64,000 nt of DNA, from positions 32,001 through 96,000 of the forward strand of contig JBDHZC010000002.1 in NCBI GenBank assembly GCA_039811685.1. The letters are read 5' to 3'. The notes below the pieces were generated by a model, which made no database searches, had not been told where the DNA came from, and saw only the letters and a program-made list of their open reading frames with translations. Position numbers and translations under genes: made by a program. Below, one piece after another: positions 1-9,097 of the stretch; the first letter of the stretch is position 1, and every line of letters starts with the position of its first letter. The DNA is from Armatimonadota bacterium. Lineage in GTDB: Bacteria > Armatimonadota > UBA5829 > DSUL01.

Positions 1-1
1 C

Positions 2-1291
2 TTCGGAGCGCTCATCGGACTGGCGCTGGGTTTTGTTGAGGGCATAAACACAGGCTCTCAAAAGCAGCTTGTGCGGGCGTGCGTCGCGTTTACGATAGCC
101 GGCGCGGTGGGCGGATTTCTCGGCATCTTCATTGGCCAAATTGTCTTTGGGGCGATAGGCAGCGCGGGCAGAAGCACTGAAATTGGCGTCATAGCGTTTT
201 TCTCCCTGTTGTTGGCGCGCACACTTGGCTGGGGTTTGTGGGGCGTCGGAACGGGTGTGGCTCTCGGGATTGCGCTGGGAGCTCTGACCGGCTCCACCCG
301 GCGTCTCAACCTGGCAGCGACAGGCGGGGCGATCGGCGGTTTGCTGGGCGGCTTTCTTTTTCAGATACTCGGTGAACTGGGTGTCTTCATGAGCTACCCG
401 ATCCAGACGCTGATTTCTTTTTCGTGTCTGGCTGTGTCCATTGCATTTTTCCAGTCGCTTGCGCAGGAGCTGTTCAAGCGGGCGTGGATCAAGGTATTGG
501 TCGGACGTGGTGAGGGGCGCGAGTTCCAGATTGCCAAACCTGTGACAGTCATCGGCAGAGATGAGTTAGCAGATATTCCACTCTTTGGAGACAATCAGAT
601 TCAGCGCCGCCATCTTATCATTGAGCAGAAAGGAGCGCTGTACACAGCCAGCGCCGCCGCTCCAGGCGCTGCGTTCAGTGTCAACGGACGGGCAATGTCT
701 CAGGCCCCTCTGAAGCATGGTGACCTGATCCAGATCAGCTCCCGCCAGCTTCAGTTCTATACACGCGGGGGACGGCCGGTCGCGGCAACGGCCACAGCGG
801 CAAACACTCCGGCTTTCTCAAGCCCAGCCATGAACGTGCCTGCGGGAACCTGCCCGTATTGCGGCCAACTCAAAGATGCGGCAGGCAACTGCGCGTGTAC
901 GGTGGGCGCAGCTCAACCCCAGCCGCAGGGGGTGACTGTACCCGTAACACAGCAGGCCCCGCTTGGCGCGCCAGCTCCTTCCGCCGCATCAGCGCCTTTC
1001 ACACAGGCGACACTGGAGATTATTGCAGGGCCATCTGCTGGTCAATCGCTGGATCTGCGCGACGGCCAGAGCCTGACGTTCGGCCGGGCCCCGGAGGCCG
1101 AAATCTCCGTCCCATCTGACAACTTTATGTCGCGTTCACACGCGCGCGTCGCCTGCCAGAGCGGACAGATATCGGTCCAGGATCTAAACAGTTCCAACGG
1201 AACGCTCGTCAACGGCGTGCGCATCATGCAGCAGATAGTCAACCGCGGAGACATCATCACTCTGGGACAGACTCAGATTCGGGTAATCTGA
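2..1291 (+). CDS. Membrane protein with two FHA domains and a Cys knuckle (5' partial)
   Basis: Frame open from base 2 (FGALIGLALGFVEG...). Gly-rich TM helices, then FHA motifs IGRD..IQRRH and FGRA..MSRSHA..SSNGTLVNG, with CPYC..CAC between them. Confidence 0.85.
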   Translation, partial: FGALIGLALGFVEGINTGSQKQLVRACVAFTIAGAVGGFLGIFIGQIVFGAIGSAGRSTEIGVIAFFSLLLARTLGWGLWGVGTGVALGIALGALTGSTRRLNLAATGGAIGGLLGGFLFQILGELGVFMSYPIQTLISFSCLAVSIAFFQSLAQELFKRAWIKVLVGRGEGREFQIAKPVTVIGRDELADIPLFGDNQIQRRHLIIEQKGALYTASAAAPGAAFSVNGRAMSQAPLKHGDLIQISSRQLQFYTRGGRPVAATATAANTPAFSSPAMNVPAGTCPYCGQLKDAAGNCACTVGAAQPQPQGVTVPVTQQAPLGAPAPSAASAPFTQATLEIIAGPSAGQSLDLRDGQSLTFGRAPEAEISVPSDNFMSRSHARVACQSGQISVQDLNSSNGTLVNGVRIMQQIVNRGDIITLGQTQIRVI

Positions 1292-1325
1292 AGACGACGC
1301 CGGGAAGGCGTCAAGCAGGGACAAT

Positions 1326-2711
1326 ATGGATCAAACACAACAATTTGGAGTGCCGGGACAAGACCCGCAACGGACGCAGGCGCTCAACCCGGACCCAAAC
1401 CGAACACAGGCTTTCGGGGGTGACCCGAATCGGACGCAGGCATTCCAGGGAGACATCAACCGCACCCAGATGGCGCCGGAGGCTGGCGCGGCACTCCAAC
1501 TTGAAGTCGTCGCCGGAAACCGTTATGCCCTCTCAACGCGCAATTCGCGGGAACACGTTCTGGTCAGGGCACGCGCAGGACAGGCCGCAACAGGCCAGCG
1601 AATGCCACTGAACGTCTGCCTGCTGCTGGACCGCAGCGGCTCAATGGAAGGCCAGCCGCTGGAGTTTGCCAAACAGGCGATGAGCTACGTCGTGGACCTC
1701 CTGCAGCCAAACGACGTGCTTTCGGTAGTAACATTCGAAGACAATGTGGAAGTCCTGATGCCTGCGCGGCGGGTAGTAAACAAGGACCTCATCAAGCAGC
1801 ACATCGGCCGAATTCAACCCGGCAACACGACCAACCTCTACGAAGGTTTTGTCGCTGCGTGCAGTCAGGTGGCCAGCGTGCCACCCGGCTACGTGAACCG
1901 CGTCATTCTCCTGACGGACGGAGAGCCTACCGCCGGACTCACGGACTTTCAGTCCATTGTGGGGCAGGTGGCAGAGCAGAAGTCTCGCGGGATAACTCTC
2001 ACAACGCTCGGGTTTGGACAGGAGTACAACGAAGAGCTGCTGATGGGTATGGCGCGGCGCGCAGGCGGCAACTACTACTACATCCAGCGCCCGGAACTGC
2101 TGCCGGAAGTATTCCGCAAGGAGATGGACAGCCTGCTTTCCGTTGTCGCCAGAAATCTGCGGCTGGTGTTCTGGCTGTCACGGTGGACTCAGGTGCGGCA
2201 GGTGTACGGAAAGCAGCCGGTGTGGGGCGACAGACGGGCCGAGGTGACACTTGCGGACCTGGAGCGGGGAGAAACGCTGAGCGCGCTAGCAGAGATGGAA
2301 CTTGGAAACCGCCCGGGCGGCACGTATCGCATAGCGCGAGTTGAGCTTTTGTATGACGATGCGCTGACAGGCCGCCAGGAGCGGGCGACCGGAGATGCGG
2401 TCTTTGAGTTCACGGCTGATGAGGCATTGATCGCCGCAAACCGTAACCCGAGCGTTGATCAGGAGCTTCAGGTAGCCCTGGCCTCCCGCAACATTGAAAA
2501 GACGGTCATGGGGATGCGCACACAGGCCATCAGCACTCAGGCGGCTGTGGCAGAGCTGGAAAAGACGCAGGCGCTTTTTCAGGCGCAGGGGCGCACACAG
2601 GAAGCGGCGCAGATTCAGGAAGCGCTGGATGCGGCCAAGGGTGGCGCGGATCTCGGCAAGACGCTTGTTGGCACAGTTCTGACCCTGGATCAGGGCAAGT
2701 CGAAACAGTAG
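1326..2711 (+). CDS. von Willebrand factor A domain protein (YfbK/Ca-activated chloride channel-like) with N-terminal Thr repeats
   Basis: MIDAS DRSGS, GNTTN, ILLTDG, GFG.EYNE.LL, GGNYYYI. Confidence 0.9.
   Translation: MDQTQQFGVPGQDPQRTQALNPDPNRTQAFGGDPNRTQAFQGDINRTQMAPEAGAALQLEVVAGNRYALSTRNSREHVLVRARAGQAATGQRMPLNVCLLLDRSGSMEGQPLEFAKQAMSYVVDLLQPNDVLSVVTFEDNVEVLMPARRVVNKDLIKQHIGRIQPGNTTNLYEGFVAACSQVASVPPGYVNRVILLTDGEPTAGLTDFQSIVGQVAEQKSRGITLTTLGFGQEYNEELLMGMARRAGGNYYYIQRPELLPEVFRKEMDSLLSVVARNLRLVFWLSRWTQVRQVYGKQPVWGDRRAEVTLADLERGETLSALAEMELGNRPGGTYRIARVELLYDDALTGRQERATGDAVFEFTADEALIAANRNPSVDQELQVALASRNIEKTVMGMRTQAISTQAAVAELEKTQALFQAQGRTQEAAQIQEALDAAKGGADLGKTLVGTVLTLDQGKSKQ
1362..1472 (+). 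repeat. Four 30-bp degenerate coding repeats, DP(Q/N)RTQA(L/F)xx
   Basis: DPQRTQALNP / DPNRTQAFGG / DPNRTQAFQG / DINRTQM; synonymous codons differ between copies. Confidence 0.9.
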
Positions 2712-2721
2712 GAGACCTCCC

Positions 2722-3927
2722 ATGCAGTTCAACTCTGAACCGACGATGATTGGTGGCGCCCCACCCGACCCGGGCCGGACTCAGGTTGTGCCGCGCGCAG
2801 CCGACAGGACACAGATGGGCGCATCCATCGAGTGCCCGGTGTGCCGGTCGCGTAGTCTTTCCACGGAAATTTTCTGCTCGGAGTGCGGATTTCTGCTCGA
2901 GAGCACGCCGGACACCACATCGGAGTCGAGTGAGCCTGAGACGCCTTTCGCCGTTCTGACCGACACCCGCACAAACCAGCAGTACCCTCTCTTTTCTGGG
3001 ACCTACTCAGTCGGCCGGGAAAACACGGACATTCTGCTCACCGATCCGAGTGTCAGCCGGTCTCACGCCACTGTCACTGTTCTGTCTGGCTCTGTCACGG
3101 TCTGCGACACGGGGAGTACTAATGGGACTGTCGTCGCCGGAAAACGCCTCCAGCCAAACGAATCGGAGAGGCTCCGGGGAGGGCAGGAGGTGCGCTTTGG
3201 AAACAGCGTTATGGCTCTGGAGATCAAGGGCGCAGAGGAACAGCCGGAGGACGAAGCGCCTGCAGAGCCCGCGACCGAGGCGATAGCTGCAATCGCAAGC
3301 TCTCCAGAGGAGGCGGCTGGCCAGACCGTTGGAGAGCCGCAGCCTGAAGCCGAAGCTGCCGAGACGACTGCTCAGCAGACACCGCAAAGCGCTGAAGAGG
3401 CTACCGCCGCCGTAAAGCCCTCTGACGACACGGCATCTGAGGACGAGACGGCGTCTGAGGACGAGACGGCGTCTCAAGACGAGACGGCGTCTCAAGATCA
3501 GAGTCCGCCTGATGAAGCAGACGCTCCCGACAGCGACGCAAGCGCAGACAAAGCGCCCGTATTCACCCTGAAAGTACCTGAGGCTGAAGAGCAGACGCCT
3601 GATGCACCGAGTCCCGCTGAGATTTCCGGCGCTTTCTTCCAGGAACGCGATAACCCGCAGCAGGTCTATCCCATTGGTGAGTACGGCGCGAATGTCGGAC
3701 GTCGCGCAAACAACGACATCGTCCTTGCAGACCCGCACGTGTCATCTTCGCATGCGCAGGTAGCTGTACAGAACGGCACCTACATCCTGATGGACACCGG
3801 CAGCACAAACGGCACTGCGGTAAACGGCAGGAGAGTCCAGCCCAACGATCCGGTGGTCCTTTCCGAAGGCGATGAGGTCGCTTTCGGCCCGGTTACGCTC
3901 GTCTTTAAGGTGAAGGAACAGCCGTGA
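2722..3927 (+). CDS. Zn-ribbon plus two FHA domains with acidic linker
   Basis: RBS AGGAG; CPVC..CSEC; VGRE..VSRSHA..STNGT and VGRR..VSSSHA..STNGT. Confidence 0.9.
   Translation: MQFNSEPTMIGGAPPDPGRTQVVPRAADRTQMGASIECPVCRSRSLSTEIFCSECGFLLESTPDTTSESSEPETPFAVLTDTRTNQQYPLFSGTYSVGRENTDILLTDPSVSRSHATVTVLSGSVTVCDTGSTNGTVVAGKRLQPNESERLRGGQEVRFGNSVMALEIKGAEEQPEDEAPAEPATEAIAAIASSPEEAAGQTVGEPQPEAEAAETTAQQTPQSAEEATAAVKPSDDTASEDETASEDETASQDETASQDQSPPDEADAPDSDASADKAPVFTLKVPEAEEQTPDAPSPAEISGAFFQERDNPQQVYPIGEYGANVGRRANNDIVLADPHVSSSHAQVAVQNGTYILMDTGSTNGTAVNGRRVQPNDPVVLSEGDEVAFGPVTLVFKVKEQP
3430..3501 (+). repeat. 18-bp tandem repeat x4 (TASEDE/TASQDE)
   Basis: acggc(a/g)tct(gag/caa)ga(c/t)(g/c)ag, four copies. 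Confidence 0.9.
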
Positions 3928-4931
3928 GCGATGAGAAGCGCGAGATAACAGCCAAAATGAACACGGAGGAGCTGGAGAACGGCTGGACACAGATGGCCGA
4001 AGGGGCTTCAGAGTCAGCCACCCTCCTCCTCGCCGCCAGGACTGACCTCGGGCGGGTCCGTGAGAACAACGAGGACAAGTTTGAGTTCTTTATTCCAAGC
4101 ACCACCCGGAAGCTGAGCGCAAAAGGCCAGTTGATCGCCGTCGCGGACGGCATGGGTGGGCACGCAGCCGGACAGATCGCCAGCGAACTTGCCCTCAAGA
4201 CCTTCATTGCCTCCTACTTCTCCGACAACAGCCTGAGCGTAGAAGACGCGCTTCGAAGCGCGGTCAAAGAAGCCAACAGCCTTGTGCACGAGACTGCCAG
4301 CATACCCGGGCGCAGCGGCATGGGAACGACTCTGACAGCGGCAGTCATCCGGGGACGCACGCTCTTTGTGGCGCAAGTCGGTGACAGCCGTCTCTACTTC
4401 TTTCGCGGTGGCAGACTGGAACAGCTCACGCAGGATCACTCCTGGGTGGCCGAGCAGGTGAAGCTGGGCACACTTTCAGAGGCCGAAGCAGAGGAGTCTC
4501 CTTTCCGCAACGTCATAACCCGCTCACTTGGGAACCAGCCGGAAGTCGAGCCGGATATATATAAGAGAGACGTGCAGGAGGCCGACGTGGCGCTCCTGTG
4601 CTCTGACGGCCTCAGCGGCGTTGTCGGACAGGGCGAGATGGAGCGTGTATTGTCTCAGAACGGCCCGGCGGAAAGCTGTCAGGAACTCATCAGGATGGCG
4701 CTGGATCGCGGAGGCCCGGACAACATCACTGTTCTGATTGCCCGCATCGAAGGCTTTCAGACAATCGAAGGCGCGGCCGCAGGAGAGACAGCCGGAAGTG
4801 AGGCAACAGCCGGGCCGGGCGCAGGCGAACAAGCGCAACCCACACTCTCCTCAGACGAAGAGGCCACGAAGCCGCAAACGGAGCGAAAATCGAAAAAAAG
4901 CTTTCTGGCACGCCTGCGCGGCAGTGACTGA
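3924..4931 (+). CDS. PP2C-family Ser/Thr phosphatase (Stp1/PrpC-like)
   Basis: TDLGRVRENNED, VADGMGGH, GMGTT, VGDSRLY, LCSDGL, GGPDNIT; GTGA overlap with upstream gene. Confidence 0.95.
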   Translation: MSDEKREITAKMNTEELENGWTQMAEGASESATLLLAARTDLGRVRENNEDKFEFFIPSTTRKLSAKGQLIAVADGMGGHAAGQIASELALKTFIASYFSDNSLSVEDALRSAVKEANSLVHETASIPGRSGMGTTLTAAVIRGRTLFVAQVGDSRLYFFRGGRLEQLTQDHSWVAEQVKLGTLSEAEAEESPFRNVITRSLGNQPEVEPDIYKRDVQEADVALLCSDGLSGVVGQGEMERVLSQNGPAESCQELIRMALDRGGPDNITVLIARIEGFQTIEGAAAGETAGSEATAGPGAGEQAQPTLSSDEEATKPQTERKSKKSFLARLRGSD

Positions 4932-5013
4932 GGAGTTGCCGCGCGTCGACTGGCCATCTATCCCGCATTCTTAAGATTGGAATCAGCGCTTTCCCAGGAG
5001 AGGGCGCTCCTCT

Positions 5014-6711
5014 ATGAGTCACAGCTCCAGTAACACACTAGGAAGATACGAGATTATCCGCGAGATCGCTCGCTCGAACGACATCGTCTACGAAGCGGTC
5101 GATCCCTCCATCGGCCGCCGTGTCGCGCTCAAAGAGCTCCAGATGCCGGCGAATCTCGTCGGTAGCGCAAAGCGGGAGCGCATCGAACGCTTCTACCGCG
5201 AAGCCAAAGCCGCCGGCCACCTGACGCACCCCAACATCGTCACCATCTACGAAGTCGGCGAAGAAGCCGGGCGGCACTTCATCGCTATGGAGTTTCTGGA
5301 AGGTCAGACGCTTCAGGACACTATCGAAATCCGCGGCGCGCTGCCGCCGCAGGAGGCGATAGACGTCGCACTTCAGGTGCTGGACGCTCTCGGCTATGCT
5401 CACACAAATGGCGTGATTCACCGGGACATCAAGCCAGCCAACATTCAGATGCTGCCGGGCGGTCGCGTTAAGCTGACAGACTTCGGCATCGCGCGCATCA
5501 CCGCGGAGCCTTCCATCACTGCAAGCGGGCAGATATTCGGAACGCCATCGTACATGTCCCCGGAGCAGATCGCTGGGAAAGACATCGACGCGCGCTCGGA
5601 TCTGTTTTCTGTCGGCGTTGTGCTCTATGAAGCTCTCACTGCGGCCAAACCCTTCACCGGCGACAGCGTCGTCACAATCACCTACAACATTATGAACCTG
5701 CCTTCGCCGCGCCCCGCCGGGGTTCCGGAGGCTCTGGCGGACGTCGTTGTGAAGGCGATGGAGAAAGACCCCGCCCGGCGCTTTCAGAGCGCGCGGGAGT
5801 TTTCGGATGCGTTGAAGGTGGCTCTTGCGCAGCCGTCCGCTTCTGCGCCGCCTCCGCCAATTTTCTTTCCACACGGACAGTCTCCCTATGGCGGCCCTCC
5901 GGTGGGACCACCGTCAGCGCCATCTCCGTTTCCCGGAAGCTCCCCTCCACCGGCCGGCTCACAGGCTCCCGGAGGAGGACCAGGCGCCTTTCCAAGCCAG
6001 ACACCCGCGCCAAACCTTCCGCCGCCGTCTTTCCAACGTACTTATCGGCCACCCCGCCCCCTCCTGACGCAAACCCAGAAGGCCACCCTGCTCACCACCT
6101 TTCTGGCAGTGGTGACCGGCGCCCTGTTGCTGTTGGCGATATACGGGGTGGTGCGCGCTTACGACAACTACCAGATGCAGCAGAGCGATACGCAGGCCAA
6201 CAGCTATATTCAGAAGGGCAATGAGAATATGGACAGCAGGCGCTACGATCAGGCAGTAGAACAGTACAGCAAGGCCCTGCAGTTGGACCTCACGCCAGCT
6301 ACTCACGACTCCGTCGTCAGAAGCATTATCGCAGCCTATGCCATGTGGGCGAACGACATGATCGATCGCGGCAATCCGGGCTACGGGCTGACTCTGGCGA
6401 ACAAGGCGCTGGAGTACAACAACGACTCCGGAGATGCGCTCTACGTCGCCGGGCGGGCTTACTACCGCACTGGACAACTGGCGCAAGCGCTCACCTACTG
6501 GGAGCGCGCCGCCGGAGACCCCTCCTCTTCAGGAGGCAAAGCGGCCATTGACAGCCTGCAGCAGTACTACTGGAACCAGGCGGCCTCAGCGCAGGACAGC
6601 GGGGATTTGCAGAGCGCTGTGAAAGCGTGGCAGAGAATCGTGCAGATTGGCCCGGGCACCGATCTCGCGCGCCGGGCGCAGGACCAGATTGACCAGGCCA
6701 TGCTGCGCTGA
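5014..6711 (+). CDS. Hanks-type Ser/Thr kinase with Pro-rich linker, TM helix and extracytoplasmic TPRs
   Basis: VALK, HRDIKPAN, DFG, GTPSYMSPEQ, DLFSVG; TM around residues 358-380; TPR-like helices. Confidence 0.95.
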   Translation: MSHSSSNTLGRYEIIREIARSNDIVYEAVDPSIGRRVALKELQMPANLVGSAKRERIERFYREAKAAGHLTHPNIVTIYEVGEEAGRHFIAMEFLEGQTLQDTIEIRGALPPQEAIDVALQVLDALGYAHTNGVIHRDIKPANIQMLPGGRVKLTDFGIARITAEPSITASGQIFGTPSYMSPEQIAGKDIDARSDLFSVGVVLYEALTAAKPFTGDSVVTITYNIMNLPSPRPAGVPEALADVVVKAMEKDPARRFQSAREFSDALKVALAQPSASAPPPPIFFPHGQSPYGGPPVGPPSAPSPFPGSSPPPAGSQAPGGGPGAFPSQTPAPNLPPPSFQRTYRPPRPLLTQTQKATLLTTFLAVVTGALLLLAIYGVVRAYDNYQMQQSDTQANSYIQKGNENMDSRRYDQAVEQYSKALQLDLTPATHDSVVRSIIAAYAMWANDMIDRGNPGYGLTLANKALEYNNDSGDALYVAGRAYYRTGQLAQALTYWERAAGDPSSSGGKAAIDSLQQYYWNQAASAQDSGDLQSAVKAWQRIVQIGPGTDLARRAQDQIDQAMLR

Positions 6712-6720
6712 AATCGCGCA

Positions 6721-6750
6721 AGCGGCCTGTAGCTCAAGCAATAGGCCGCT
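6721..6750. terminator. Hairpin between convergent genes
   Basis: agcggcct-N14-aggccgct; no clear U-tract. Confidence 0.35.
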
Positions 6751-6840
6751 CATGAGATAGCCAGCTCACGCGACAAGCCGCGCATGCGATAGCTCGTTCC
6801 TATTACCGGCACTCGTAGACAGCCGGACTGTGCGCGCCTG

Positions 6841-8307
6841 CTATCCAGGCGGAGGCGGTGGCGGGGTGTCAATGTCGATGACGGTATAGGAGCGCATCTG
6901 ATCCCATGGGCTGGTCAGGGAGCGGTCGTCCGTCACGCGCATCCACGCGTTCACGCTCTGATTGTCCATCGTGTTCTTGAAGACCACTGGCACATCAAGT
7001 TGCAGCTTCGTCGCGCCTTTTGTAACCGCCACCTGCGCCACGTTGATGCTCACGCGGCTGTTCTGCACGGAGACGTTCGTCCCCGGCGCCACCCCACCCA
7101 ACCACGCGGCGTTTGCATCATCGCGAAGATAGAACTTGTTGTTCTTCTGATCGTAAAGCACCAGAATCCCGTTCTCGAACTTCAGCGACGTATTCAGAAG
7201 AAGATAGTTGTACGTCATCGCGCCCGTTCCAGCCGGATCGCTGTACACAGCCGAGAACACATTGGTGTTCTTCAGCGCCAGAAAGACCACTTCGGGTGAG
7301 AGGCTGACGTTAGACGGTTTGCCCACAATTGTAAGTCTTCCCATGGACTGAAAACCGCTGGACTGAGCCCTGTCATCATCCACATACATCCACGCAACAG
7401 GCCGCTGGCCGGACACCGTCTCCTTGAAGCTGACACTCCACGTGACCGTCAGAGTCGCGTCGTGCCTCTGCACTTTCGTCGCGGCGACATTCAGCCTGAC
7501 CCGGCTGTTTTCAATGGTTGCGTTAACGCCGGGAGCCACATTCCCCAGCCACGCCGTGTTGGCGTCGTCCCGCAGATAAAGCCGGTTGGCCTTCGGATCG
7601 TACAGCAGGTAGATGCTGTTCACGCCGGAGGCGGTGTCGTTCACCAGCAGGACGCACTTGGTCATGGAGTCCGCGCCGCCCTCATCCCAGTACTGGGTGG
7701 TGAACGACACTGGCGTGTCCGTATAGAAGGAACCGGACGCCGGGTTGAGGTTGAGGTTCACGGGTGGCCGCGTTATCAGAAATCCGCCGAAAGACTCCCA
7801 ACCCGCCGTCGCCCCGGCGGTGTCGCGCACAAACATCCACGGCCGCAGGGTCTGCCCCTGCAGGACGTCAAAGAACGAAAGAATCCAGCGTATTGAGAAG
7901 TTGTTGCCGACCTTTGCGGTAACCACCTCACCGCACCAGAGCCTGGCGCGACTGTTTTGAATGACGTTGTTGGAGCCCGGCTCATAGCCACCCAGCCAGG
8001 CCGTATTGGCGTCGTTGCGCATGTAGAGCTTGTTGGTGGGAACGTCGTAATACAGATAAATGCTGTTCGCGCCGGACACAGTGAGATTGAGCAGCAGAAA
8101 TACGTGGCGCAGGTCGCTGGCTCCGTCAGCGTCGGAATAGTTGCTGCGAAAAGCGTACTTCGCATTAGGCGCAAAGTGTCCTATATTCGGAACAAAGCCT
8201 GCATTGACCGGCGCATGGTTGAGAGCAAGCGCTGGTGAGGCTACCAGCGGAAGAGCCCCCAATGCGCACAACACCCCGAGCCTTATCCCGCGCAAAATCT
8301 GTTTCAT
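6841..8307 (-). CDS. Secreted protein with three ~150-aa beta-rich repeats
   Basis: Signal peptide ..ASPALA; repeated YxD..G..LLLN....N.I...YD...NK.Y.R.DAN.AWLG; start placed at MKQ downstream of AGGAG. Confidence 0.75.
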   Translation of the reverse strand: MKQILRGIRLGVLCALGALPLVASPALALNHAPVNAGFVPNIGHFAPNAKYAFRSNYSDADGASDLRHVFLLLNLTVSGANSIYLYYDVPTNKLYMRNDANTAWLGGYEPGSNNVIQNSRARLWCGEVVTAKVGNNFSIRWILSFFDVLQGQTLRPWMFVRDTAGATAGWESFGGFLITRPPVNLNLNPASGSFYTDTPVSFTTQYWDEGGADSMTKCVLLVNDTASGVNSIYLLYDPKANRLYLRDDANTAWLGNVAPGVNATIENSRVRLNVAATKVQRHDATLTVTWSVSFKETVSGQRPVAWMYVDDDRAQSSGFQSMGRLTIVGKPSNVSLSPEVVFLALKNTNVFSAVYSDPAGTGAMTYNYLLLNTSLKFENGILVLYDQKNNKFYLRDDANAAWLGGVAPGTNVSVQNSRVSINVAQVAVTKGATKLQLDVPVVFKNTMDNQSVNAWMRVTDDRSLTSPWDQMRSYTVIDIDTPPPPPPG

Positions 8308-8497
8308 CCGTCGCATCTCTCCTGTTTCCAGATCCGTCCGTGCCACAAGCGAATACAAATCAGCCAGCCGACGTACTCGCGCCGCACTAACCGCACTATA
8401 CGTAGTAGTTGAACATTGAGGAGCAGAAACCTGCTTCAACACAGAGGACAAGCCGTCTGTCTGACGACTCTATCGCGGACGCAGTTCCGAAGCTGCT

Positions 8498-9097
8498 CTA
8501 CTTCAGGACGAGCGGCTCGCTAAGGGGTTCAATTCCTTCTGGAAACAAATTGTAGAAGATTCGCAAGACATCTTCTACACTTATGGGCTGCAGTTGATGA
8601 ATAACCAGATACATCAAGGTCCTTGGCTGCCAGTCGCCAACCGACATCCAGAAGCGGAGATTGAGCGCAATCCTCCCGCCCATCCGCCGGTAAAACTCCA
8701 TTCGCCGCTCCGCCAGCCGCCGCTGAGTCTCATCCGGCATTTGGTCCGGCCGCTCAATCTCATAGACTACCGCACGCACACAGTCCAGACTTTTGATAAT
8801 AGTCTTATAAAGTTTTGCGCCAATTCCTTGACTCCGATGCTCTGGGCACACTGCCAGATACCAGAGCGCCGCCACGTCACCCCGCCGCTCATACAGCGCC
8901 ATGCCGGCAAACTTACCGTCTACCAGAGCTGCGACAAGGCTCACGTCCGGGGCGTCCGCATTCAACAGGCCAAGCAGCCTGCTGAACTGAATCTGTTCAT
9001 GCGGAGGAAAGGCCGTCTGAAACAGATCAAGCCACGGCAGAAAGAGAGGATCCGATGCGTCCGATATCCGGTGGAGCCTCAGTTCAGAAGCATTCAC
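8498..9097 (-). CDS. GNAT-family N-acetyltransferase
   Basis: LWYLAVCPEHRSQGIG acetyl-CoA motif; RRMEFYRRMG. Confidence 0.85.
   Translation of the reverse strand: MNASELRLHRISDASDPLFLPWLDLFQTAFPPHEQIQFSRLLGLLNADAPDVSLVAALVDGKFAGMALYERRGDVAALWYLAVCPEHRSQGIGAKLYKTIIKSLDCVRAVVYEIERPDQMPDETQRRLAERRMEFYRRMGGRIALNLRFWMSVGDWQPRTLMYLVIHQLQPISVEDVLRIFYNLFPEGIEPLSEPLVLK

Noticed and set aside
6721..6800. tRNA-like start gcggcctgtagctcaag and an imperfect repeat gccgc(t/g)catg(a/c)gatagc
   Set aside because: No T-arm or anticodon arm; only two short copies, so neither a tRNA nor a CRISPR array
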